NCBI GenBank assembly: GCA_948941465.1
Contig: CARATB010000002.1
Span: 10,921-74,920, forward strand
From: an uncultured Eubacteriales bacterium
Lineage (GTDB): Bacteria > Bacillota > Clostridia > Oscillospirales > Acutalibacteraceae
Direction: 5' to 3'
Length of the DNA: 64,000 nt
Position numbers and translations under genes: made by a program. The notes under the pieces are model-generated. The model made no database searches. It was not told where the DNA came from and saw nothing but the letters and a program-made list of their open reading frames with translations. The number at the start of each line of letters is the position of its first letter. Within the stretch, counting starts at the first letter, position 1. Below are positions 1-9,553 of this stretch, piece after piece.

Positions 1-222
1 AGCAGTATTTTCAGGTGCTACACTCCTCATACCTCTGTGTGCAATAAGCGTGACATTCTGATTCGTCTGAAGAACTGAATAATCTGCTGTTTTGCAATAC
101 CAGTCCAGAGCACTTACACCGGCGATAACCGCCAGCACAATCAGTGTCAAAAGAACCGACACAACAATAACTGCTATCTTTTTCTTCTTAGACCACTTTT
201 TTCCTTCGGCTGCATTACTCAT
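1..222 (-). CDS. glycerophosphodiester phosphodiesterase family protein, N-terminal part (gene runs off the window start)
   Basis: Own translation from the minus-strand ATG at 222: MSNAAEGKKWSKKKK, then a TM helix, then LIAHRGMRSVAPENTA (HRG..APENT GDPD signature). A GAGGGGG RBS lies just upstream. Confidence 0.6.
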   Translation of the reverse strand, partial: MSNAAEGKKWSKKKKIAVIVVSVLLTLIVLAVIAGVSALDWYCKTADYSVLQTNQNVTLIAHRGMRSVAPENTA

Positions 223-993
223 TTAATTTTCCCCCTCATTATTTTCCGGAAATTTGATTACCTTACTGTCATTCGTGCAGAACCTGCCGCTGCTGTCCCA
301 TTCTCCACTGACACCCTTTGCCTTTGCACCAATGCAGAAATGAAGTTGAGCAACGCCAAAGCTGATACTTTTATCACTGTACGGTTCGTCAACATAACCG
401 GATATTACACCATTTTCATACTTAAAATGAACCGGTCTGCTGTTTGTAGCTGACGGAGCTTTTTCAACCAGCTTCATGGCATATTCATAATAGGATGGCA
501 GTTTTTCATCACACACAACAAACATTTTCTGATACGGCTTATTCCGCTTGTGCGTAATATTATACATTATTTTCTCTTTCCGGCTGAGCTTCGGCTTGAC
601 ATTGCCGATAACGATTACGCCATAAAGTCTTGTTTCCTTTGGTATTTTAACCATTTCAAGGATTTTATTTTCATTATAGGTGCCTGTCACCCAGCAGGTA
701 CCCAATCCATGGTAGGTACATTCAAGCACAATCATTTCGCCGAAATAGCCTGATTTAACACGCATTTTTTCCGAATCATCACCACAGATTGCTATCAAAG
801 AAAATTTACCTGTAAAAATCGTGAAGGCAGATGAACCGTCATCAACAAATCTGAAATCAAGCCCTGCGTTTTTATTAACAATATCCACCAGATTTTTAAT
901 AACCGCCTTTGTACTGTCATCAAGTCCCACAGAGCGGTACGTACGCCTTGAACGGCGCATTTCTATGGCTTTGATATATTCATCGTTCGTCAT
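223..993 (-). CDS. nitroreductase family protein
   Basis: 256-aa ORF. The N-terminal IEMRRSRRTYRS motif is typical of the nitroreductase fold. Confidence 0.75.
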   Translation of the reverse strand: MTNDEYIKAIEMRRSRRTYRSVGLDDSTKAVIKNLVDIVNKNAGLDFRFVDDGSSAFTIFTGKFSLIAICGDDSEKMRVKSGYFGEMIVLECTYHGLGTCWVTGTYNENKILEMVKIPKETRLYGVIVIGNVKPKLSRKEKIMYNITHKRNKPYQKMFVVCDEKLPSYYEYAMKLVEKAPSATNSRPVHFKYENGVISGYVDEPYSDKSISFGVAQLHFCIGAKAKGVSGEWDSSGRFCTNDSKVIKFPENNEGEN

Positions 994-1035
994 ATTTTAT
1001 CTTCCTTAATTTTTATATAACATATTATACTATAT

Positions 1036-2859
1036 TTATATGTCAAATTCAACATTGTAATTTTTAATCCATACATAAATCTGGAAAATATATGCAAGAA
1101 CCTGAGGTGCTGCCATTAGCTGACCATACCACGGCTCTGTCATACTATCCGGATTTTCCATAAGATTGAACACAGCATCTTTATTAAGCATTTCACCGAG
1201 AGGGCAGGTTTTATCATTAAGTGCTGCTGCTGCAAGCTCAGATACAGCCTTAAGATAAACAGGATTATGCGTCTTTGGATAGGGACTCTTTTTGCGCCAT
1301 ACGATTTCTTCGGGCAAATCATTTTCAAAGGCTTTGCGCAGAATACCCTTTTCTCTGCCGTCAAGAGCTTTTATTTCCCAAGGCATATTATAGGCATATT
1401 CAACAAGCCTGTAATCGCAGAACGGAACACGCACCTCTAACGATGATTCCATACTCATAACATCCTTGCGATACAGAAGTGTCTGCATAAACCATTTAAG
1501 GTTGAGAATGAACATTTCTCTCATTCTTTTTTCAAGCACACTGTCGCTTTCAAGAAAAGATACCTGTGAAATTGTACTGTCATAAGCACTTTTCAGATAC
1601 TCCTCGCCGTATGGCAAAAAGCCATCTCTTAAAATACTGCGTCTTGCAGCAGTCGATCTTGACCACGGAAAAACCTCTTCAAACAGAATTTCCTTTCTGT
1701 GATACCATGGATAGCCGCCGAAAATTTCATCAGCACATTCACCTGACAGACAGACGGTGAAATCCTTTTTTACCTCCCTGCAGAACAGAAGCAGTGAGGA
1801 ATCCACATCTGCAAATGCAGGCAGTCCTCTTGCAATTGCAGCTTCCCCGAGAGCTTTTGCCACATCATTATTATCAAGAACAACATTATGGTGAACGGAG
1901 TGAATATAATCGCTTATCAAACCGATATAATCACTGTCCTTGTTCGGCTGAAAAAGGCTCTTTTTAAAATAGATATCATTGTCTACATAATCAACAGAAA
2001 ATGTATTAAGCTGCTCTCCCCTGCTCTGGTAATGATCAGAAGCAACCTTCGATATAATTGAAGAATCAAGACCGCCGCTTAAAAAGGTTGCAAGCGGAAC
2101 ATCGGAAACAAGCTGACGCTCAATTGAATCCTTAACAAGAGAATAGGTATGTTCTATTGCCTGCTCTCTGCTTTCGGTGTTAACGGCAGCAGTTAGCCTC
2201 CAATATGAATTTATTTCAATATTTCCGTTTTTAACAGTCATATAGCTGGCAGGAGGCAGTTCCTTAATATCTTTGAAAATTCCGTTTCCTATTGTTTTTG
2301 CAGGACCAAGCATAAATATTTCATTCAGTCCGTTCTCATCCACCACAGGCTTAATATCAGGCACACACAGCAGAGTGCTTATTCTGCTGGCAAAGGCAAA
2401 CTGCTTTGGCTTTGAAGAATAATAAAGAGGCTTTACACCGATTCTGTCACGGGCAATAAAAAGACTTTTGTCCTTTTCATTGTAAACAGCATAGGCAAAA
2501 ATACCATTGAGCTTTTTAACACTGCTTTCACCCCATTTGTCAAACGCTTTTAATACAACCTCCGTATCACAATGCGTATCAAAGGTATAACCAAAGGATT
2601 TGAGCATATCCCTGACCTCATCAGTATTGTATAGCTCACCGTTATAAGCGATAATATAATTTCCAAAGCGCATCGGCTGAGCACCTTTTTCAACATCAAT
2701 AACCGCAAGCCTTCTGTGTATCAAAGCGATATTACGGTCAACATATTCACCTTTTCCGTCAGGTCCCCTCATTTTAAGTGATAAGCTCATTTTTTCAATA
2801 ACAGGCTTTTCAGCCCTCAAATCTATGGAAGAAGATAAAATTCCTGCTATTCCGCACAT
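1036..2859 (-). CDS. asnB: asparagine synthase (glutamine-hydrolysing)
   Basis: 607 aa. Starts with MCGIAG, the Ntn amidotransferase catalytic Cys2. Contains the SGGLDSS PP-loop. Confidence 0.9.
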   Translation of the reverse strand: MCGIAGILSSSIDLRAEKPVIEKMSLSLKMRGPDGKGEYVDRNIALIHRRLAVIDVEKGAQPMRFGNYIIAYNGELYNTDEVRDMLKSFGYTFDTHCDTEVVLKAFDKWGESSVKKLNGIFAYAVYNEKDKSLFIARDRIGVKPLYYSSKPKQFAFASRISTLLCVPDIKPVVDENGLNEIFMLGPAKTIGNGIFKDIKELPPASYMTVKNGNIEINSYWRLTAAVNTESREQAIEHTYSLVKDSIERQLVSDVPLATFLSGGLDSSIISKVASDHYQSRGEQLNTFSVDYVDNDIYFKKSLFQPNKDSDYIGLISDYIHSVHHNVVLDNNDVAKALGEAAIARGLPAFADVDSSLLLFCREVKKDFTVCLSGECADEIFGGYPWYHRKEILFEEVFPWSRSTAARRSILRDGFLPYGEEYLKSAYDSTISQVSFLESDSVLEKRMREMFILNLKWFMQTLLYRKDVMSMESSLEVRVPFCDYRLVEYAYNMPWEIKALDGREKGILRKAFENDLPEEIVWRKKSPYPKTHNPVYLKAVSELAAAALNDKTCPLGEMLNKDAVFNLMENPDSMTEPWYGQLMAAPQVLAYIFQIYVWIKNYNVEFDI

Positions 2860-3003
2860 ATATAAATCACCTCAGCTTACTATATGTATTTTGTGAGAAA
2901 TAGTGACAAAAAATCAAAATGTTAACTTCAGTTGACAAAATTTCCATTGAAAATTGCTGGAAAGCAACTACCGGATGTGGTATATTTGTGTTGAGGTGAT
3001 AAA

Positions 3004-3744
3004 ATGACATTAGGAAACAGACTTTACGAAATGAGAAAGGAAAAGGGTCTGTCACAGGAAAAGACAGCAGAGGTACTCGGTGTAACAAGACAGACAATAT
3101 CAAAATGGGAAACAGATCAGTCAACTCCTGATTTTGACAAAATACTGCCTTTGTGTGAGCTCTATGGTATCAGCACAGAGGAGCTGCTGACAGGAAAGAA
3201 ACAGGAAACCGATAATACAGATAATATAAACAGCAGCAATGACAGTTCAGAAAACAATGAGTATAATTATGATAACAGATATAACTATTATGGTGATACT
3301 GTACAGAATGATAATAACAGCAATGAGATAAACGAAAAAACAGCAAACGGCAGAAAAAGATTTGCAATACTTACATCAATAGCAGTTTGTATGTATATAC
3401 TTTCAGTAGTGCCGCCGATTATTTTCGATGGAAGCGATGCATCAACAGCCTGTTTTTTTGTTATAATCGCACTGGCGACTATGCTGATTGTTTTCGGTGC
3501 CCTGTCAAAACCGAAAAAGCACGGAAATGACGAATTTGCAAATGTTATGACAGGCCAGAAAAAAATGTATAAACAGATAACAGGTATTTTGTCAGGCATT
3601 ACACTTTGCATTTATCTGATCATCAGCTTTTTAACAAATGATTGGCACATAACCTGGCTTATATGGGTAATATATGGTATAATATGTAAAATCATAGATT
3701 TGATACTTACACTTAAGGAGAGTGAAAAGAATGTCGAAAAATAA
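3004..3744 (+). CDS. XRE-family HTH transcriptional regulator with C-terminal transmembrane segments
   Basis: N-terminus LYEMRKEKGLSQEKTAEVLGVTRQTISKWETDQSTP is a Cro/C1 HTH. A low-complexity N/D-rich linker is followed by hydrophobic helices. Confidence 0.75.
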   Translation: MTLGNRLYEMRKEKGLSQEKTAEVLGVTRQTISKWETDQSTPDFDKILPLCELYGISTEELLTGKKQETDNTDNINSSNDSSENNEYNYDNRYNYYGDTVQNDNNSNEINEKTANGRKRFAILTSIAVCMYILSVVPPIIFDGSDASTACFFVIIALATMLIVFGALSKPKKHGNDEFANVMTGQKKMYKQITGILSGITLCIYLIISFLTNDWHITWLIWVIYGIICKIIDLILTLKESEKNVEK

Positions 3745-4480
3745 CAGAGGATTACTTATAACACTTATTGTTCTGCTCAGCATTATTGCTCTGCTGCTTT
3801 CAGGTATATTTACATTTTCTTTAATCTCGGGAACACATTCGCTCGGATCATTTATTTCTATGAAAACACAAACTTTTTTTGATCAGAGCTACAATGCAGA
3901 TGAAATAAAAAACATTACAATCGACAGCAATGCAGGCGACATAACCGTTAAAAGCAGTAATGACGGCAAAATAAGACTTACCGCAAACGGATTAAACGAT
4001 GATCATTTCAGTGCTGAAACTGATGGCAGCACACTCAGCATATCAAGCAAAGAGCTGAAAGGAAAATACAGGTTTTTCCCATTCGGTGCATTAAAAGAAG
4101 GTACTGATATTGTACTCTATGTTCCGCAAAAGCTTGATTCAATAAATATAACATCAAACTTCGGCAATGTTGATATTGAGGATTATATTGTTACAAGCCT
4201 TACAATTAATAATGATATGGGAAATATTGATGCCGAATTTCTTGGAGGTTCATTTGACCTGAACACCAATATGGGCAATATTGACATTGAAAAAATTGAT
4301 ATAACCTCAAATTCAAAGGCTGTAACCAATATGGGTGACATTGACATTGAAAGAACAAATGAGGTAAATATTTATGCAAATACCTCTATGGGTGACTGTG
4401 ATGTCAAGAAAAACACGCCGACTGCCTCGGTTATTTTAACTGCCCAAACAGATATGGGCAATATTGAAATCAATGATTAA
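3731..4480 (+). CDS. DUF4097-like putative adhesin / beta-helix repeat protein with N-terminal TM anchor
   Basis: Repeated MGNIDIE / MGDIDIE motifs. AAGGAGA RBS sits 10 nt before the ATG at 3731 (the track ORF starts at GTG 3722). Overlaps the stop of the upstream HTH gene. Confidence 0.6.
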   Translation: MSKNNRGLLITLIVLLSIIALLLSGIFTFSLISGTHSLGSFISMKTQTFFDQSYNADEIKNITIDSNAGDITVKSSNDGKIRLTANGLNDDHFSAETDGSTLSISSKELKGKYRFFPFGALKEGTDIVLYVPQKLDSINITSNFGNVDIEDYIVTSLTINNDMGNIDAEFLGGSFDLNTNMGNIDIEKIDITSNSKAVTNMGDIDIERTNEVNIYANTSMGDCDVKKNTPTASVILTAQTDMGNIEIND

Positions 4481-4601
4481 CAATTACTGCCGCATTATAA
4501 AACCATAAAATTTGTGTATTTTGACTAAATTAATGCCAATATTTTTTACACCATCTTTTATTGAAAAATGTGTTATGCTATTGTAAAATAGAATCAAAGA
4601 T

Positions 4602-5267
4602 ATGAAAGGCTGTGAGAACAACATGGATAAACCTGTTTACACAATTACTTCACACAGAGATGAAAGGGTGTTCATTCACGCAATGCCCGGTCACTATATT
4701 TCGGCATCAAGCCACATAAATTATTACATAGGCACATCCGACATCAAGCACAATCACGATGTTTCGGTTGATGCGGCAATGCTGCTTGCCCAGTATTATA
4801 ATGAAAGAAGCATTAAGGTGGATACTGTTCTGTGCCTTTATGAAACACAGGCACTGGGAGCATATCTTGCCCACGAGCTGTCAAGACCGAATATGCTTAA
4901 TCCAAATCCCGAAAACAAGGTTTATGTGCTTGGCTCTGAATACGACTCAGCAGGCAACCTGATTTTCCGTGACAATTTGAAGAAGCTGATAAGCTCTAAA
5001 GATGTTGTTATTTTAATTTCCTGTATCACCAGCGGTAAAACTGTAGAAAGGGCAATTGAAAGCATTTCATACTATGGCGGAAGAGTTGTTGGTATTTCAT
5101 CCGTCTTCTCTGCTATTGATAAGGTTGAGGATATGGAAATCAATACAATTTTCAATAAAGACGATGTTCCCGGCTATGCAGCATACACACCCCATAACTG
5201 CCCCCATTGTGCAGCAGGTGAAAAGGTTGATGCAATTGCGAACGGCTACGGTTATTCCCTTCTTTAA
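4602..5267 (+). CDS. phosphoribosyltransferase-like protein (type I PRTase fold, PyrE-like)
   Basis: VVILISCITSGKTV is a PRPP-binding-loop-like motif. C-terminal CPHC motif. The start could instead be the ATG at 4623. Confidence 0.55.
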   Translation: MKGCENNMDKPVYTITSHRDERVFIHAMPGHYISASSHINYYIGTSDIKHNHDVSVDAAMLLAQYYNERSIKVDTVLCLYETQALGAYLAHELSRPNMLNPNPENKVYVLGSEYDSAGNLIFRDNLKKLISSKDVVILISCITSGKTVERAIESISYYGGRVVGISSVFSAIDKVEDMEINTIFNKDDVPGYAAYTPHNCPHCAAGEKVDAIANGYGYSLL

Positions 5268-5274
5268 TTCGCTC

Positions 5275-5302
5275 TTGACAAATATTTTTTATTTGTTATA
5301 AT
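5275..5302 (+). promoter_or_regulatory. sigma-A type promoter for the T-box/leuAB transcript
   Basis: TTGACA (5275-5280), a 16-nt spacer, then an extended -10 TGtTATAAT (5294-5302). Confidence 0.6.
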
Positions 5303-5331
5303 ATTTATACAACTTAATAGTACCCATTTAA

Positions 5332-5590
5332 AGGCAATGAAGCAGAAAAAGACCTTATAAATTTCGTTTCAGAGAGTTGACGGTTGGTGAAAGTCAATAC
5401 AGATTATTTGGTGCATAGCTCTCTGCAGAGCCGCTGTTTTGAATAGAAATGAATAGGAACAGCCGTGTTGTTACGTTACAAACAAAGGCATTGATTGATG
5501 CTAAAGGGCAATTTATTTGCTGAAATAGGGTGGTACCACGTATAATTATTACGTCCCTATACATTACTGTATAGGGGCTTATTTTTTGTT
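5332..5590 (+). promoter_or_regulatory. T-box riboswitch leader (probably Leu-specific) with intrinsic terminator
   Basis: Contains an AATGA/AGAG K-turn-like base, an AGAGA box and the distal loop GGTTGGTGAAAG. The conserved T-box sequence AATAGGGTGGTACCACG lies at 5524-5540. The terminator is CCCTATACA-TTAC-TGTATAGGG plus a T-run (5555-5590). A CTC codon at 5419-5423 is the candidate specifier. Confidence 0.8.
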
Positions 5591-5835
5591 CCTATACATA
5601 GGCAAAGACAACCAAATTAAAACACGATTTAAAATGACTGATTTGCCCTTTACCTGTGTTAAAAATGCTCGGAATACGCAAGTATTCCTGTGCTTTTTGC
5701 CTTGCTAAAGAATAAATTAGTACATTTTAAATTGCTTCGCACCAAAATCAAAAACCCCAAATAACACTTAAAGACTTTGCTTTGGCGGTTCTAATTTAAT
5801 TATCTTTGCCTACATTTGAAAGGAGATTCTTAATT

Positions 5836-7572
5836 ATGAAAAAAGGGTATGAAAAATATGTCGGCTTCAAGCCGATAAATATCCCGGACCGTACCTGGCC
5901 CGACAAAGCCATTACCAAGGCGCCAATCTGGTGCTCAGTTGATATGCGTGATGGTAATCAGGCACTTGTTGACCCGATGAACCTTCAGGAAAAGCTGGAG
6001 CTTTTCTCAACACTTGTTGAAATCGGAGTTAAGGAAATTGAGGTAGGCTTCCCTTCCGCCAGCGAAACCGAATATGAAATTTTAAGAACACTTATTGACG
6101 GCGGCTACATCCCCGACGATGTTACAATTCAGGTGCTTGTGCAGGCAAGACCGCACCTTATAAAGAAAACCTTTGAGGCAATCAAGGGTGCAAAAAATGT
6201 AATTGTTCATTTTTATAACTCAACATCAAAACTGCAGAGAAAGGTTGTTTTTAAAACCGATATGCAGGGTGTAATTGATATTGCTGTTAAGGGTGCAAAG
6301 CTTATTTATGAACTGACTGAGGAACAGAAGAAATCTAATCCCGAAACAAATATTCGTTTTGAATACAGTCCTGAAAGCTTTACGGGAACTGAAATGGACA
6401 ACGCTGTTGAAATCTGCCGTCAGGTTATGGAGGAACTCCATATTACAAAGGAAAACCCGATTATCCTTAATCTGCCGTCAACTGTTGAAGGCTCAACACC
6501 AAACGGCTATGCAGACCAGATTGAATACTTCTGCCGTCATTTGCCAAACCGTGATGCGGCAATCATTTCGCTTCACCCGCACAATGACAGAGGCACAGGT
6601 GTTGCTGCTGCCGAGCTTGCACTGCTTGCTGGTGCAGACAGAATTGAGGGCACACTTTTCGGCAACGGCGAAAGAACGGGTAATGTGGACTTAGTTACCC
6701 TTGCACTTAATATGTGGACACAGGGAGTTGATCCTGAGCTTGATTTCCACAACATCAATAAAATCAAAGAGGTTTATGAACGTACAACAAAAATGATTGT
6801 TCCGCCACGCCACCCTTATGCAGGCGAGCTTGTTTTCACAGCATTCTCAGGCTCACACCAGGATGCTATCAACAAGGGCAAAATGTATATGGAGGAAAGC
6901 GGCACAGAACTCTGGGAAGTACCTTACCTTCCTATTGACCCTGCCGACGTAGGCAGAGAATACGAGCCGATTATCCGTATCAACTCACAAAGCGGTAAGG
7001 GCGGCACTGCATATATCCTTGCTAACGATTACGGCATCAAAATGCCGAAGGCTATGCATCCTGAATTTGGTGCAGTAGTGCAGAAGGCTTGTGACGAAAA
7101 GGGCAAGGAGCTTCATAATCAGGAAATCTTTGATCTTTTCCAGGAGGAATACAGAAATGTATGCGGTCCTTACAGACTATTAAATTACAAAATCAGCGAA
7201 GAGAAAAATGAGGCTGATTATATGACCTCTGTTCATTTTACAGGCGAGATTAAGTATAAGGATAATCAGCCTGTAAAAATTGAGGGCACAGGCTCCGGAC
7301 CTATCGGTGCATTCTGTCAGGCCATGAATGAAATCGGTCTTACAGGCTATGAGTTTGTTGATTACAGCGAGCATGCCATTTCAGTCGGCAGTGACTCAAA
7401 GGCAATCAGCTACATTCACCTTAAAAATCCGCAGGGCAAGGATGTATTCGGTATCGGTGTAAGCCACAACATCAGCTACGCATCAATGAAGGGCATTGTA
7501 TGTGCTATCAACCGTGATCAGGCAGACACTATGCGTGATGACACAATGCCGGGCATATTTGATGTTTGTTAA
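5836..7572 (+). CDS. leuA: 2-isopropylmalate synthase (long form)
   Basis: Contains DMRDGNQA and the [11 protein letters not shown] motifs of the HMGL-like/IPMS family, plus a C-terminal LeuA dimerisation/regulatory region. AGGAGA RBS precedes the ATG at 5836. The track start at 5806 is a TTG with no RBS. Confidence 0.9.
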   Translation: MKKGYEKYVGFKPINIPDRTWPDKAITKAPIWCSVDMRDGNQALVDPMNLQEKLELFSTLVEIGVKEIEVGFPSASETEYEILRTLIDGGYIPDDVTIQVLVQARPHLIKKTFEAIKGAKNVIVHFYNSTSKLQRKVVFKTDMQGVIDIAVKGAKLIYELTEEQKKSNPETNIRFEYSPESFTGTEMDNAVEICRQVMEELHITKENPIILNLPSTVEGSTPNGYADQIEYFCRHLPNRDAAIISLHPHNDRGTGVAAAELALLAGADRIEGTLFGNGERTGNVDLVTLALNMWTQGVDPELDFHNINKIKEVYERTTKMIVPPRHPYAGELVFTAFSGSHQDAINKGKMYMEESGTELWEVPYLPIDPADVGREYEPIIRINSQSGKGGTAYILANDYGIKMPKAMHPEFGAVVQKACDEKGKELHNQEIFDLFQEEYRNVCGPYRLLNYKISEEKNEADYMTSVHFTGEIKYKDNQPVKIEGTGSGPIGAFCQAMNEIGLTGYEFVDYSEHAISVGSDSKAISYIHLKNPQGKDVFGIGVSHNISYASMKGIVCAINRDQADTMRDDTMPGIFDVC

Positions 7573-7591
7573 TCTAAGTTGGAGGAATAAT

Positions 7592-8662
7592 ATGAACAAC
7601 TATAAAATTACAGTATTAAAGGGTGACGGAATCGGCCCTGAAATTGTTGACGAATGTATAAAGGTGCTTGACAAGGCAGGTGAAAAATTCGGCTTTAAGC
7701 TTGATTATGATTATCAGCTTTTAGGCGGTGCTGCAATTGATGCAACAGGTGTCCCCTTCCCTGAGGAAACAGAAACTGCCTGCAAGGCAAGTGATGCAGT
7801 TCTTCTTGGCTCTGTAGGCGGTCCTAAGTGGGATACTCTGCCGAGCGAAATCAGACCTGAAAAAGGACTGCTCGCAATTCGTGAAGCACTTGGCTTATTT
7901 GCAAACCTGCGTCCTGCTAAGATTTTTGCGCCGCTTAAATCTGCATCTCCTATTAAAGAGGAAATCATCGGTGATGAGCTGGACATCCTTATTGTAAGAG
8001 AGCTTACAGGCGGAATATACTTTGGTGACAGAGCAACCTATGAGGAGAATGGTGTTGTTGGTGCATATGACACTGAGCGTTACACCTACCCTGAAATCAA
8101 AAGAATTGTTGTTGCAGGCTTTGAGTACGCTATGAAGAGAAGCAAGCGACTTACCTGTGTTGACAAGGCAAATGTTCTTGACAGCTCTAAGCTGTGGAGA
8201 AAGGTTATGGAGGAAACCTCAAAGGATTACCCCGAGGTTGAGGTTTCATATATGTATGTTGACAACTGTGCAATGCAGTTGGTACGCAATCCAAATCAGT
8301 TTGATACAATCGTTACATCAAATATCTTTGGTGATATTCTTTCCGATGAAGCTTCAATGATCAGCGGTTCAATCGGTATGCTGGCATCTGCCTCTCTTGC
8401 AGAGGGCACATTTGGTCTTTATGAGCCTATCCATGGCTCTGCACCTGACATTGCAGGTCAGGGCAAGGCAAATCCGCTTGCAACAATCCTTTCAGGTGCA
8501 ATGATGCTCAGATATTCACTTAATGAGAGTGATGCAGCAGATGCAATTGAAAAGGCAGTTGACACTGCTTTGACCAAGGCAAGGACACCGGATATTGCTG
8601 AGGACGGACTTGAAACCGTTAATACAGCACAGATGGGCAACCTTGTAGTAGAATTATTATAA
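7592..8662 (+). CDS. leuB: 3-isopropylmalate dehydrogenase
   Basis: Starts [18 protein letters not shown]. Contains the [21 protein letters not shown] signature. GGAGGA RBS precedes the ATG at 7592. Confidence 0.92.
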   Translation: MNNYKITVLKGDGIGPEIVDECIKVLDKAGEKFGFKLDYDYQLLGGAAIDATGVPFPEETETACKASDAVLLGSVGGPKWDTLPSEIRPEKGLLAIREALGLFANLRPAKIFAPLKSASPIKEEIIGDELDILIVRELTGGIYFGDRATYEENGVVGAYDTERYTYPEIKRIVVAGFEYAMKRSKRLTCVDKANVLDSSKLWRKVMEETSKDYPEVEVSYMYVDNCAMQLVRNPNQFDTIVTSNIFGDILSDEASMISGSIGMLASASLAEGTFGLYEPIHGSAPDIAGQGKANPLATILSGAMMLRYSLNESDAADAIEKAVDTALTKARTPDIAEDGLETVNTAQMGNLVVELL

Positions 8663-8670
8663 CAAATACG

Positions 8671-8704
8671 AAATCGGGGTGTATGGATACATCCCGATTT
8701 TTTA
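8671..8704 (+). terminator. intrinsic terminator after leuB
   Basis: Hairpin AAATCGGGGTGTAT / ATACATCCCGATTT followed by a T-run. Confidence 0.55.
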
Positions 8705-8723
8705 TACTTAAAAGGAGAAAAAT

Positions 8724-9497
8724 ATGAGTGACTGGAACAGTGAACAATATTTGAAATTCAAAAAAGACAGAACGCAGCCTTCAATTGATCTGGCAAACAG
8801 GCTTGATATTGAAAATCCCAAAAGCATACTTGACATCGGCTGCGGACCGGGAAACAGCACTGCGGTTTTGAAAAAGCGCTATCCTGACGCATATGTACTT
8901 GGTGCTGACTTTTCACCAAATATGATAGAAAAAGCAAAGACCGATTATAACGAAATTGACTTTATGCTTTTTGATGCAACAAAGGATTTTAAAAAGCTTA
9001 ACCATAAGTTTGACATCGTTTTTTCAAACGCCTGTATTCAGTGGGTGCCGAATCACCAAAAGTTGCTCAGGGATATGATGGGCATTTTAAATTCAAAAGG
9101 TATTATGGCAATACAAATTCCCATTAGCGAGGAACAGGCTGTTCACAAAGTTATTCATAAAGTAACCCAGCGTGAAAAATGGAACAGCCGATTTACATCC
9201 ACACGCGAATTTTATACCCTCACCGAAAGCGAATACTTTGATATTTTAGCTGACATATCCGCCGACTTTAACATCTGGAAAACAATATACTGCCACAGAA
9301 TGCCGTCACACCAAAGCATTATTGAATGGTATAAGGGAACGGCATTAAGACCTTATCTTGACGTTCTTGACAATGCAGAAAAAGCAGAATTTGAAAGAGA
9401 TATTCTTGCAGAGTTAAAAACAGAATACCCAATTCAGTCAAACGGCGAAATCATTTTTCGATTTCCGCGCTTATTTATGCTGGCAGTAAAACAATAA
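8724..9497 (+). CDS. tam: trans-aconitate 2-methyltransferase-like SAM-dependent methyltransferase
   Basis: N-terminus MSDWNSEQYLKFKKDRTQPSIDL matches the Tam-family pattern. Contains the SAM motif I ILDIGCGPGNST. Confidence 0.7.
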   Translation: MSDWNSEQYLKFKKDRTQPSIDLANRLDIENPKSILDIGCGPGNSTAVLKKRYPDAYVLGADFSPNMIEKAKTDYNEIDFMLFDATKDFKKLNHKFDIVFSNACIQWVPNHQKLLRDMMGILNSKGIMAIQIPISEEQAVHKVIHKVTQREKWNSRFTSTREFYTLTESEYFDILADISADFNIWKTIYCHRMPSHQSIIEWYKGTALRPYLDVLDNAEKAEFERDILAELKTEYPIQSNGEIIFRFPRLFMLAVKQ

Positions 9498-9514
9498 CAC
9501 CAAGAATATAATAA

Positions 9515-9553
9515 CCCCTTGCAGTTTTCAAAGAAACTGCAAGGGGTATTTTT
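9515..9553. terminator. bidirectional intrinsic terminator
   Basis: Hairpin CCCCTTGCAGTTT-TCAAAG-AAACTGCAAGGGG lying between convergent genes. Confidence 0.7.

Noticed and set aside
5634-5708. Leucine-rich leader peptide in the second leuA leader (MTDLPFTCVKNARNTQVFLCFLPC)
   Set aside because: There is no Shine-Dalgarno sequence. It has only three scattered Leu codons and no run of regulatory codons.
5806-5835. N-terminal extensions given by the ORF track: leuA 5806, leuB 7496, terL 16370, ABC ATPase 12447, nrdG 49134, perR 36078
   Set aside because: In each case an internal ATG or TTG is preceded by a good RBS and matches the conserved family N-terminus. The extensions overlap upstream genes or regulatory sites.
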